IMG/VR virus record: IMGVR_UViG_3300015360_000023
Coordinates: 64,001-128,000 of that record
Direction: 5' to 3' (one strand)
From: a virus
Lineage: Duplodnaviria; Caudoviricetes
DNA: 64,000 bases
Both the position numbers and the translations under genes were made by a program. The notes under the pieces are model-generated. The model was not told the DNA's origin. It worked only from the letters and a program-made list of their open reading frames with translations, and searched no databases. Positions 19,201 to 28,128 of this stretch are shown here, piece after piece; position 1 is the stretch's first letter, and every line of letters begins with the position of its first letter.

Positions 19201-21368
19201 ATAGAATGCCAGGCTCTATTTTCTATAGAATGATGTTTCTAAAAAAGTCTACAGGATTACAGGTATTTCCTCAATTTCTAGATGATTTGTTTGGAGATCA
19301 GATAAAGACACTTACACAGAGAGTTGAAATTTTAGAAGACCAAATCAGATTAGATTGCGCAATATTAGGTATTGGTTCGGCTGCCGATGGTACTCCCGAT
19401 CCAGATTTTATTGCAGATGGGAAGGCTGTTGCCTTTCTTACCAATTCAAAAGCAACATCAAATAAAGGTGAGCCATTTAACTTTATCTCTAATACTAATG
19501 GAGTTATTACAGATATAATTACTGCTTTAGATGCTGCCCACCCTTTAACTAGGGAAGAGCTAAAGCATAATGAAACTTTTGCAAATATAACAAATCAAGT
19601 TACAAAAGTAAGTCAGATATTTCCTAATACACAGAGATTTCAAGTAGTGTTAGATGCCATCATAACTACTAAATTAGCACTGGCAGGATATGGTATTCAA
19701 GATATCACTCCATTTAATAATAACAATCGTATTGATAAATTGATTCAAAGAATTCAAAATAAGTCAGGTCAGAAAATTTCTAGAACTGCCTTCATAAATG
19801 CCAATGACATTTTTAATAATGGGCAACCTGCCGCTTCAGCCGGGCCATCCATTGACGTCTTTAAAGTAACTGAGGAGTTGGCTGATAAAATTGCCGATCG
19901 CCAAAGGGCTCTCAAATTATTATTCTCTGCCGTTACAAATGCAGTTGAAGCTCGTTCTTTGGATGATGACAGTAGCACAGCCAGCAGGCTATTAACGCCA
20001 GGCGTATATGGTAATTCTCATACTCCAGAAATCTTTGAACATATGATCGAAGATGAAACCTATGACGATTATGGTCCTGGTTCTGGTAAGCGATACATCA
20101 TTAAACGCGCCCAAATTAGAAGCTTAAATATCAGTGAGACTCCACCAGATTATACCTCAATAACTGTTATTGGACAGATGAATCCACTTAATCCAAATAG
20201 TACTTTACCATCCGATCTGAATGTATTTCCTGGTGGCGGCAATAGCATGGTAAGTGCTTCAGCTATTGATTATGATACATGGAGAAATTATGGGTTCAGA
20301 GAGCAGTCTCCACTTAATCTTCCGTTTCTAAGTGATCCAAATACACAATGTGCTCCTTACGCTAGTATGATGTTAAGCCGCGCTCGCCGTAATATTTTAA
20401 GAGGCTCAGTTACTATTTCTGGTAATGAATTTATGCAGCCAGGAGAAGTTATTTTCTTGGAAGATAGAGGAATGTTATTTTATGTTTCTTCCGTCAAACA
20501 TAATTTTCAATTTGGTAGTTCATTTACTACAACACTTGATTTAACTTATGGTCATACTCCTGGAGAATACATTCCAACTCCACTTGATATTGTTGGAAAA
20601 ATTCTTTATAAGAACAGAGATGTTGCCGGATTTGCTGTTCAAAGACAATCAAGCTCTACTAATGATAAAGATATTGGAATTGTTTTAAGAGATCCAAAAT
20701 CTCTTAAGCCATTTAATAAAGGTGGAGATCCAAAAGAAACTGTAACTGCTTTTAGTGCCGCTAATACCGCCACTATTAACAACATACTTTATACAGCAGC
20801 CTATTTGATTAATGCAAATAATACTAAAGGTAACAACATCAAGGCAACTGCGGAACTTAGAATTTATTTTGATAAAAGCAATACCCTTGATTCGGATCTT
20901 GAAACATTTGCTGGTGAAGTAATGACTTCATTAACTGTTGCGGGTCAAGGACCAAAACAAAGTTATAATAAAAATGACGGAACTTCAAGTAATCCTGTTT
21001 TATCTAAAGATAGCGTAAAGGTAGTGCCGGTTGATTTGGCAGATGAAGCAGTTTTTAATTCACCATCTCAAAAAGCAATTGATGCTTGTAGAAACTATCT
21101 CTCTATGGCCAGTATGGCTGGTGGGGGAGCTTCTTCACCAGGCGCCCCAAGTGCCAGTGGATTTGGCTCAGCTTTAGCTGGCCTAGGCTCCGCACTTACT
21201 TCTAACCCATTTTCATCTAGTGGTGGTGATCCAGTTAAGTCTGGAGATAAAGAAAATTCATTAAAACAAAGAGCGCAGTTAAAAACCGTATTGTACAAAT
21301 ATATAGTAGATATCTGGATCAAGTTTGAAGAAGTTCCAGAAGCCGTAGCTAAGGCTCAAGGCAAATAA
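16212..21368 (+). CDS. baseplate hub protein (gp27/GPD-like, greatly enlarged)
   Basis: VFADTQGHIRVR and C-terminal GSVTISGNEFMQPGEVIFL...FYVSSVKHNF...FTTTLDLTYG are hub motifs. Confidence 0.7.
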   Translation: MSFLGKLANQLNSQFSVGENQNHTLDTDGQKYGVLGDFAKKFDHSSERRYVEEGYLRRDPFNTDPKQFEVLMQEPNATVLVKKRMFSSVNENYRPDFMDADEKLYFKAMKILFQNKCRQISALEKLSKIQKITESVGSVADQLMPIIISLSDEANAGFPDLLGGGKNDLFGQINNPGDVSKFAKVIDRVRRVYAFNTTNSLTTWITDPTNMFQSQFGQGTGVIEITNFTNLNTSATLDIKTPGNFSLNIVDPYEAMLITEYDIERALSDATNSFYNHKIFQFGKNSADQIIADTTTRLNQLRALRKVSPISFKINPDTLLGRRVVAVVDRQGLEIPFNYNGGGTGGGGASASSFAGIGGLGGGVDVSDAYLIHGEILGLDGLDTERKGHLGPDSNIKALFPESELSVFGRLVTAIFSKLSLEANSRGAFVTSNKLTNYARRKLRFNFSGKLIIQPMDTVHIYMNSKSRFDGKLLSGLNNMFTGAGILQNLNKTITDLKNSFDTVFNPGGSVNLQVEKAAFVGSDFPNYLWSVIRNQFVNEKEGTHVFAGIVQGASDSWSDGKFTVSVNGTDNSGYFEMGKINFKPSSDVFNGSLFDPLTPFKSKFDSISSVGGGDSPTLLLENQYLLGTSQDSDSALVKFKLGPNAGKPARSDNVDQDVHIDESTRALSKVFYAPDGLVYKWKEGIGTLVQFGSSIEANNPNRVGNQSIGKEPFAGQDIMNVLSLLITAQPYNFANYWKAVSNFDGFQRDPQSQQDSAYSFFDSLKRDLAKSNSVWGNFIPFKTLSISEESFAGMMSSQFSYVRDNKDLDAKLKKLADAKAAARIFANGKAIATADTSKYNANQLQAQAEADKLEEDTTALIARLQEGDKFNNSRTQFGSDVSYDFNEFLNAGNPNKQLSDAATRRLLRRQINYLTRRMSYNVRANEDKNLFIVDDSYDKDYDIAAFEQSLNSEGLKLFNNEFNSVKEKIVQTADLLNMEVFADTQGHIRVRSPQYNRMPGSIFYRMMFLKKSTGLQVFPQFLDDLFGDQIKTLTQRVEILEDQIRLDCAILGIGSAADGTPDPDFIADGKAVAFLTNSKATSNKGEPFNFISNTNGVITDIITALDAAHPLTREELKHNETFANITNQVTKVSQIFPNTQRFQVVLDAIITTKLALAGYGIQDITPFNNNNRIDKLIQRIQNKSGQKISRTAFINANDIFNNGQPAASAGPSIDVFKVTEELADKIADRQRALKLLFSAVTNAVEARSLDDDSSTASRLLTPGVYGNSHTPEIFEHMIEDETYDDYGPGSGKRYIIKRAQIRSLNISETPPDYTSITVIGQMNPLNPNSTLPSDLNVFPGGGNSMVSASAIDYDTWRNYGFREQSPLNLPFLSDPNTQCAPYASMMLSRARRNILRGSVTISGNEFMQPGEVIFLEDRGMLFYVSSVKHNFQFGSSFTTTLDLTYGHTPGEYIPTPLDIVGKILYKNRDVAGFAVQRQSSSTNDKDIGIVLRDPKSLKPFNKGGDPKETVTAFSAANTATINNILYTAAYLINANNTKGNNIKATAELRIYFDKSNTLDSDLETFAGEVMTSLTVAGQGPKQSYNKNDGTSSNPVLSKDSVKVVPVDLADEAVFNSPSQKAIDACRNYLSMASMAGGGASSPGAPSASGFGSALAGLGSALTSNPFSSSGGDPVKSGDKENSLKQRAQLKTVLYKYIVDIWIKFEEVPEAVAKAQGK

Positions 21369-23389
21369 TGACTAATCCTAATAAATTAAACGAAGAGGTT
21401 GGCCTATTACGAAGAGGCTGGATTCATGCTTTTAATGAAGCAAAGGGAAAGATCTTTGTCAAGCTTCTTAACTCACCTGTCTCTGGTAGTAACCCGCCAG
21501 TAACCGTTGATGCTCCTCATGGTTTATTTTATAATAATGGTATTTATGTTGGCACCGCCCCAGATATAGGCACGCCCGTTGTTGTAGGCTTGGGTAGTGG
21601 TGGTGAATATTACTTCGTATCATTCTTGTCTGAAAATAAAAATAAAGTTCCTACTTTAACGCCAGGCGAATTGCTTATTAGTTCTAATGATAGAACAAGA
21701 ATAACTCTCAACACATCTAACCATATTACTATTGGTTCAGATGGAAATAAAATTCAAATAAACACTACTCAAAATTATATGAGTAGAAATTTCCATAACG
21801 ATTATAAGTTTACTCAAGCCAGTAGAAAAATAGATGGCGTGATTAAGAGAGACTTAATTAGGAATACAAATTTCAGTCAAAATTCCAAGTTGGAAGGAAC
21901 TGGGTACGAACCAGAGTATCACATTATCTCAATGGATCCAACGGTTACCTCTTCTCCAATTATTTCTGGCTCAAGTAAGAATCCTCCTTTCGTAGAAAAT
22001 AGAGAAACCATTTATGAGTTTCAATATAAATCTAATATTGCAGACGATCTAAATGAGTCTACTATTTATTCAGACACTGGAACCAAAAAAAGAAAAGACT
22101 ATAGCTATCCAAGCCGCCGAGTCAGCAGAGCAGATACTCTTAGTTTAAGCTTAGTTTCTCCAAATTATTTGATGGAAAGCATCAAGGGAACTGTTGTAGA
22201 TATCTTTGGTAATATTTTAGATTTAAATAGATTTCCATTACCTATTGGTAAAGATCAAAACACTATTAAGTCTGATAAGAGTACTGACAAAGTTAAATCT
22301 TTTCTAAATATCAAGGCTCTTCAAAGAAAAAGTTTAGCGTATCATTTTGAAATCAATACTAGAAAAGATTTAAGCGGAAAGAGCGGTACCGTTGCTCTAC
22401 CAGATATTACTTCTAGCAAAGACTACGCAAGAGATAGAAGTCGCTTTTTCATTGATATTGATAAAGAAGGGCAGTTTAAAATTAATGTTCCAGCTTCTAG
22501 CGAGGCCGGTAATATTCCATTACTAACTCGTTATGAAAACTATTCTACATATGGACCAGAAGACAATGGTAATCCAGATAAGATAGTTCAATTGGAAAAT
22601 AATCAGGATATTTTCCATGATTGTTTTGGTGCTCAGGCTATTAAGCCAGTTCCAAAAGGATTTCAGCCAATAGATAAAGATAATCGAAGAGGCTCTATCG
22701 CATTAAAAACGGGAGATGGTGCCAACGCCGCTCCTAAGGACAGACTTACTAATCAGCACATTAGTCATGGTATGGTTTACCATGACATTCTTCAGACATG
22801 CTTCGTTCATCAAAACAATGATTATTTGAACTTTCAAGCAGGTGAAGTTATCCCATTAACTGTAGATTTATCTACTATTAAGAAACTTGAAAATATTGTT
22901 TCTCCTACTATAATTACGTCTGGAAACAGCGCTAATGGTGGTGGAAGAAGTGGCTCTATTAATTTCGATGGTTCTATTGAATTAAACATTGGAGCTAACA
23001 CTGTTGATAGGCAATCAGTATGGCTTGATACCGCAGGTGGTATGGTAGCAAATATTGGACGAGATAAAAATGGAAGAAGTATTATTGCAGCTACAGGAGG
23101 AGATGTCTTTCTTCAAATTGGTGGATTTGGAATCGCAGCAGATAGTAGATTCACTGAAGACAATAATATCAAAGAAGGTGTTCTAGATCTAAGAATAATG
23201 GGTTCTGGAGGCTATTGCCATATGCTTCGAATTGATAGTCAGGGTGTAACTGTTTTGACTCCAGGAGCATTAAGAATACATTCTAAAAAAGATATGACGC
23301 TTACTTCAGATAAAAACATTAGAATTGAATGCAACACACTTATTCTACAAGAAAGAATGCATTTGAAAGGCTTCGGAGGATCATCATGA
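21368..23389 (+). CDS. central baseplate spike (gp5/gpV-like)
   Basis: N-terminal OB-fold pattern GIYVGTAPDIGTPVVVGLGSGGEYYFV. C-terminal beta-helix repeats (LRIHSKKDMTLTSDKNIRIEC). Follows the hub. Confidence 0.65.
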   Translation: MTNPNKLNEEVGLLRRGWIHAFNEAKGKIFVKLLNSPVSGSNPPVTVDAPHGLFYNNGIYVGTAPDIGTPVVVGLGSGGEYYFVSFLSENKNKVPTLTPGELLISSNDRTRITLNTSNHITIGSDGNKIQINTTQNYMSRNFHNDYKFTQASRKIDGVIKRDLIRNTNFSQNSKLEGTGYEPEYHIISMDPTVTSSPIISGSSKNPPFVENRETIYEFQYKSNIADDLNESTIYSDTGTKKRKDYSYPSRRVSRADTLSLSLVSPNYLMESIKGTVVDIFGNILDLNRFPLPIGKDQNTIKSDKSTDKVKSFLNIKALQRKSLAYHFEINTRKDLSGKSGTVALPDITSSKDYARDRSRFFIDIDKEGQFKINVPASSEAGNIPLLTRYENYSTYGPEDNGNPDKIVQLENNQDIFHDCFGAQAIKPVPKGFQPIDKDNRRGSIALKTGDGANAAPKDRLTNQHISHGMVYHDILQTCFVHQNNDYLNFQAGEVIPLTVDLSTIKKLENIVSPTIITSGNSANGGGRSGSINFDGSIELNIGANTVDRQSVWLDTAGGMVANIGRDKNGRSIIAATGGDVFLQIGGFGIAADSRFTEDNNIKEGVLDLRIMGSGGYCHMLRIDSQGVTVLTPGALRIHSKKDMTLTSDKNIRIECNTLILQERMHLKGFGGSS

Positions 23390-23742
23390 AAAAATTGAAT
23401 ATCGTTATTTATAACAAACTACTTGCTCAGGCCGAAGAGGCTAAAGCACAAGGCCTTACTAAGTTGGCCTCCGGAATTTTAGAAGCCATTGGATCTCATC
23501 CCAATGAAGAAGAATCTGAATACTCTTATAAGCAACTTCAGGATGATGTTCATCGAGATTTATGGAAAGTAGCTAGTCGTTTATTACATTATTACGACGT
23601 TCAAAGTTTAGATGCAGAAAAGATTGATGCCGAGATTCTTGTTTGGGCATCTAAGTTAGTCGATGGCCTAGAAGAAACTATTGGAGTAGACGAAGTCTTA
23701 GTGGGTGCACTGGAGCCAAAAGTTCCAGGACAAGATAAGTAA
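23386..23742 (+). CDS. hypothetical acidic helical protein
   Basis: ATGA overlap with the spike stop and a GGAGGA SD make 23386 the likely start (track gives 23329). Confidence 0.7.
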   Translation: MKKLNIVIYNKLLAQAEEAKAQGLTKLASGILEAIGSHPNEEESEYSYKQLQDDVHRDLWKVASRLLHYYDVQSLDAEKIDAEILVWASKLVDGLEETIGVDEVLVGALEPKVPGQDK

Positions 23743-23762
23743 GTGATATATAAAGAAGTATA

Positions 23763-25934
23763 ATGAGTCCTTGTGATCCGAATGATGTATCAGTTAATGT
23801 TCCGGATGGCCCGAGTGGTCCAGCCATTCCTGGGTTTGGTACGCCTTTCGCATTAAAACTGCCCAATTTGAATCCTTTTCCAGATGGATTCCCTGAGAAC
23901 TTATTAGAGCTATTAGAGAAGTTACAATTTTTGATTCCACCGGGCGCCCTAAAAGCACCCTTGAATCCAAATTTCGGCAAAGATGTGTTCGATGCTATCA
24001 TGAAGCTATTGGACCAGTTCATGCCATTCTTAATGTTGTATAAATTCTTTCTTCCTATTCTGGAACTTATTATTTGTATTATTGAAGTGCTATGTGCCTT
24101 GATGAATCCATTCAAACTTATTAGAGCTTTGAATAGATTGTTTACTCGTTGTATTCCGGCCTTCTTGAATCTGTTTCCGATTTTTGCTTTAATTATTATG
24201 ATTATTTCTTTGTTGTTGCTTATCCTAGCACTCATCGAATACATTATCTCTCAAATCATTAAGCTCATCCTAATGATTCTAAGAAATATCAATGCGCTTA
24301 TCAAAGCCTTTGATGATGGTGACGAAGACGGTGTCTTAGCGATTGTTCAAAAGCTAGGATCTCTTCTATGTATGTTCCAAAATTTGTTTGTACTATTCTC
24401 TATTTTTAATATCATCATTCAGGTTATTAAAGATATTCTTTCCTTGCTATTCCATATTCCTCCTTGTGAAGATGGTGATCCAAGCGATGAAGATAACTGC
24501 TGTACTCCCGATGTATGTCCAGCCATTGTTAAGCAACAATATCAGAGATCCACTGGTCACTTCAGATATCTACCGCAGGTGTCTGTCGCCACATCCTTGT
24601 CGTTACCTGCCGCCTTTGGTGGTGCATTTAATTTTGATGTTCGTCCAGAGAGTATGCAGTTGTTCGATCTTGAACAAGGGTTAAATGAACAGTTCAGAAA
24701 TATCTTTGATGCTAATGATGTAACTATTTCTCCAAAGCCAGTCTTCTTCCCAACAGATGCGACGTACACCAATACGACTGATCCGCGTCAGGCCCCTTAT
24801 GTCATTGACATGAGAATGTACTACAATCCAGCAAGCTGGGGTCGTCAAGGTTCTGCTCGCTTTATCAAATTCACTAACTGTATATTGACTAAGGTTCCAA
24901 GCACATCATTAACTAACGGTGACTTATCTATTACGGATATTTATAATGCAGTTGGAATTCCAGCAGGCGGCATCGGCTTCGAAGATGACGGTAGCACTCT
25001 ATTTGGATTTGCTGCTGACGGAGTAACTCCAACGCTAATCCCAGCTACCCTTGAGAACTTTTTCCATATGCCGGGATTTGCTTCATCAAATCCACATCTA
25101 AAGATTACTGATGGGTACCAATTCAATAATGTTGAATATATTTTCAAGCCAAATATCGCTCCTCTTCTACAGAAGAACATCGTTACTCTTGGATGTGTTC
25201 CATCTATTGCAACCAATAGATCTTTTATCAATAATATCTTTGCTGGCGATATTGCCCTTAAAACTCAATTACTAGGCAGACTAGTTAATAGCCCTGCATT
25301 CCCAAGTCCCGCAGCCGCTCAAGAGTGTTTAGCTACCGCTATTACAGGCCTAAGAGCCAATATGACTGCCGCAGGAGTTGCGGTATTTCAGGCAACTTGC
25401 GATATCTGTCTTGATAAACTTAGAACAGATACTAATAATGCTTTAGGTCAAATGGTTGGAATTGGATTCGATCCATGTAAGAGCACAATCGTAGCCTCAC
25501 CAAGCCAGCAGTTCACCACATTGCCAATCGTAGTGACGGTCAACCTAAATGAAAGAAATGGTCTACCACTAAGTACCGGAGTTTCTACTATAGTTGGTAA
25601 TGACTTAGCGGCCCGTATTAAGGGTCACGTTACTTTTGGAAATGTTGGTAACTTTACTTATGATGGATACCAAGCATTCACTGCAAATATTACTAGCGCT
25701 ACGCCAGGTAATGGAACCCTAATGGTTTCTTTTGATAATCAAACTTTCTGTACTAACACTATTCCAGATGATGTTGATGTATCTCCTACTCACGACTTGC
25801 AAGAAATTCCATACAGATTCATTTACGCTCCATTCACTTTGGGCGGCGGAGTTGGTACGGGCGAAGGCGATACCGATGGCCAGCCAAGAAGAGATGCGGG
25901 TGACCAGGCCAAAGAGAGTGGCGGGGATAACTAA
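23763..25934 (+). CDS. multi-TM hydrophobic protein with a Cys cluster and a C-terminal Big_1/invasin-like Ig domain
   Basis: Long hydrophobic helices at about aa 80-230, then PPCED...DNCCTPDVCP, then KSTIVASPS...VTVNLNERNGLPL...FTANITSATPGNGTLMVSFD. Confidence 0.6.
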   Translation: MSPCDPNDVSVNVPDGPSGPAIPGFGTPFALKLPNLNPFPDGFPENLLELLEKLQFLIPPGALKAPLNPNFGKDVFDAIMKLLDQFMPFLMLYKFFLPILELIICIIEVLCALMNPFKLIRALNRLFTRCIPAFLNLFPIFALIIMIISLLLLILALIEYIISQIIKLILMILRNINALIKAFDDGDEDGVLAIVQKLGSLLCMFQNLFVLFSIFNIIIQVIKDILSLLFHIPPCEDGDPSDEDNCCTPDVCPAIVKQQYQRSTGHFRYLPQVSVATSLSLPAAFGGAFNFDVRPESMQLFDLEQGLNEQFRNIFDANDVTISPKPVFFPTDATYTNTTDPRQAPYVIDMRMYYNPASWGRQGSARFIKFTNCILTKVPSTSLTNGDLSITDIYNAVGIPAGGIGFEDDGSTLFGFAADGVTPTLIPATLENFFHMPGFASSNPHLKITDGYQFNNVEYIFKPNIAPLLQKNIVTLGCVPSIATNRSFINNIFAGDIALKTQLLGRLVNSPAFPSPAAAQECLATAITGLRANMTAAGVAVFQATCDICLDKLRTDTNNALGQMVGIGFDPCKSTIVASPSQQFTTLPIVVTVNLNERNGLPLSTGVSTIVGNDLAARIKGHVTFGNVGNFTYDGYQAFTANITSATPGNGTLMVSFDNQTFCTNTIPDDVDVSPTHDLQEIPYRFIYAPFTLGGGVGTGEGDTDGQPRRDAGDQAKESGGDN

Positions 25935-27628
25935 TGGTTACTCCTAATCCCTCTCTTAATGAGACATCTCAGAATTTAAAGTTTGATATTGATCAGATTT
26001 ATACTGACTTCATTAAGGAAATAGACGCTAATAGAAGTTTATCAAATGTTAATATTCAGGTTGATAAAAATACTTTGAATTCTTTCGACATAGATACTAT
26101 TGCTGGCATTAATAAATCACTAAAGATAGAAGATACTCCGCAAGAAAGTAGATTGCATTGCTTTCTTCGACTTATTGGATTTCCAGTTGTAGGTAATGGC
26201 GATAGGTTTTATAATCCGGGTCATGATGTAATGGATGGTGTTAAGAGCATGCCATTAACAGAAAAGATTAATATTGCAAATAGTCCGTTACAAGGTTTTA
26301 AAGAGTTTTCCGCGAAACGTGAAAACTATGTTAATGACATAAAGGCAATTTGGGAAGTACGCCCCGTTACTATTACAGCTAGTGCATTGGCCGTCTCTTC
26401 AAGTTTGAATATCCGTCTATTTTCAGTTCCAGTTGATAAGAGCGTCGATGCATTTGATTTTGAGATTAAAAATCAAAGCTATGTCTGCGAACTTAAAAGT
26501 GTTGTTGGGGAACATAAAGTTAACTTATCAGAGTATGTAGATTCTTTAGGAAATAGCCCTGATAAGTCTAAGTTATTCCCTACTCGTTATCATTATATTA
26601 AGCCACTTATTGTTGATCCTAGAATTGACTTTAGCTGTAATCCTGCCTCTAGAAAAGTAGCCGTTCCATTTGTATTTGATAAGACAAAACTTTTAGTTAG
26701 CGAAAATACTTTTGTTAAGAGACCGTTGATTGAGAAGATTATTAGAGAGCGTTTTGATTCTAGAAATCAAAAAGATATAACAAGCAGTCAATCTAATCTT
26801 AAAAATGAAATTCTAAGTATCCCTACAATTACTGACAAAAAACTTATTGAACAAGTAAGCAATGACCTTTATGGATTAGATGATAAGATTCAATTTCAAA
26901 AATATCTTTTCATTATTGCTGCTATGTGCAAGGAATTGGTTCAAGCTCAAGTTGATATTCAAGCTACTCAGGCGCTTTATTATTGGGTGCCCGCCGTATC
27001 TACCTCTGGCCCAGAGGGCGGTAGTCAAGTAACTCCAATCATCATTACTAGCAAGCTTCCAACTGGAGATAACAATAACTTTGTTACGGCCGCTGATAAG
27101 GAAACTATCAATGCTACTTTAGCTCAAGCCGCCAATCAATTTAATGCTCAAACTATGAAGACAAAAGAACCGGACTTAGGTGGGACGGCTTTTGATAAAT
27201 TTTCTACGACTTGGGGCGATGATACCAGCAAAGGCATGGGTGATTTAACAAAAGAATCATTAGATAGCTCAAATAAACAAAGAGACCACGATCTCTCTAT
27301 CGCTAATTCGGCACTTCGAACCATTGAAATTATAATGGGGGAATTTAGTGGCTTGGGGCTGTGCGATATTATTGCAATTATCGGCGCCCTTTATGTTATG
27401 CCAAGAAAAGATTTGGTGGGGTTTTTAGATGATGATGCCTATAGCAGAATGATAGTCTCATTAAATTTGGACCTTGCTGCGTTGTCAGGATCAGATCCAG
27501 ATCTTCCTTCCACGAGAGTCAGTATTTCAAACGCTCATGCTTCTTTAATGAAGAATATGAAGAATTTTTATAACCTTATGGATGATATCTATAAGCAATT
27601 GAGTAAAAATAACGGTTTAAGCACCTAA
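25934..27628 (+). CDS. hypothetical protein in the baseplate operon
   Basis: 564-aa ORF translationally coupled (TAATG) to the upstream gene. No family recognised. Confidence 0.7.
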   Translation: MVTPNPSLNETSQNLKFDIDQIYTDFIKEIDANRSLSNVNIQVDKNTLNSFDIDTIAGINKSLKIEDTPQESRLHCFLRLIGFPVVGNGDRFYNPGHDVMDGVKSMPLTEKINIANSPLQGFKEFSAKRENYVNDIKAIWEVRPVTITASALAVSSSLNIRLFSVPVDKSVDAFDFEIKNQSYVCELKSVVGEHKVNLSEYVDSLGNSPDKSKLFPTRYHYIKPLIVDPRIDFSCNPASRKVAVPFVFDKTKLLVSENTFVKRPLIEKIIRERFDSRNQKDITSSQSNLKNEILSIPTITDKKLIEQVSNDLYGLDDKIQFQKYLFIIAAMCKELVQAQVDIQATQALYYWVPAVSTSGPEGGSQVTPIIITSKLPTGDNNNFVTAADKETINATLAQAANQFNAQTMKTKEPDLGGTAFDKFSTTWGDDTSKGMGDLTKESLDSSNKQRDHDLSIANSALRTIEIIMGEFSGLGLCDIIAIIGALYVMPRKDLVGFLDDDAYSRMIVSLNLDLAALSGSDPDLPSTRVSISNAHASLMKNMKNFYNLMDDIYKQLSKNNGLST

Positions 27629-27678
27629 CCTCTAGATTTACCTAATAATTTAGCATAAGTAAACGGGAGCGTTAGAAG

Positions 27679-28110
27679 ATGTCGTTTGACCTGAAATTAC
27701 GTGCTGGTGACTTAGTTCTCACAAATGGAGCCTTAGTAACAGCCATAGATAGTGAAAAACTAATTCAAGATATTTTGAAGATTTGCCTGACAACGGCCGG
27801 ATCTAATCCAATTCATCCATGGTATGGTTCTTTTATTTCAAGAACTATTGTGGGTAATCCAAATTACAGCTCTATTTTAGTTCAAATTGGTAAGTCTCAG
27901 TTAACTACTGCGCTTCAAAATTTGAAGGATTTACAAGACTTACAGATTAAATCCTTTCAAAGAGTTAGTGCTGATGAACAAATAAGTGCTATTTCGGATA
28001 TATCTATAAATACAGATAGAGTCGATCCAAGGCTATTTAATGTTGTAGTAAGCGTACTTTCTAAAGGGTTGAAACCAGTAACAACCGCTTTCAGAATATC
28101 AACCATTTGA
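27679..28110 (+). CDS. gp25/GPW-like baseplate wedge protein (sheath initiator)
   Basis: DSEKLIQDILKICLTTAGSNPIHPWYGS pattern, 143 aa, preceding baseplate J. Confidence 0.8.
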   Translation: MSFDLKLRAGDLVLTNGALVTAIDSEKLIQDILKICLTTAGSNPIHPWYGSFISRTIVGNPNYSSILVQIGKSQLTTALQNLKDLQDLQIKSFQRVSADEQISAISDISINTDRVDPRLFNVVVSVLSKGLKPVTTAFRISTI

Positions 28111-28128
28111 GTCTATCTAAAGGTAAAT

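Noticed and set aside
23386-23742. PAAR-like spike tip after the spike gene
   Set aside because: The protein is helical and acidic, with no PAAR repeats or metal-binding His/Cys pattern.
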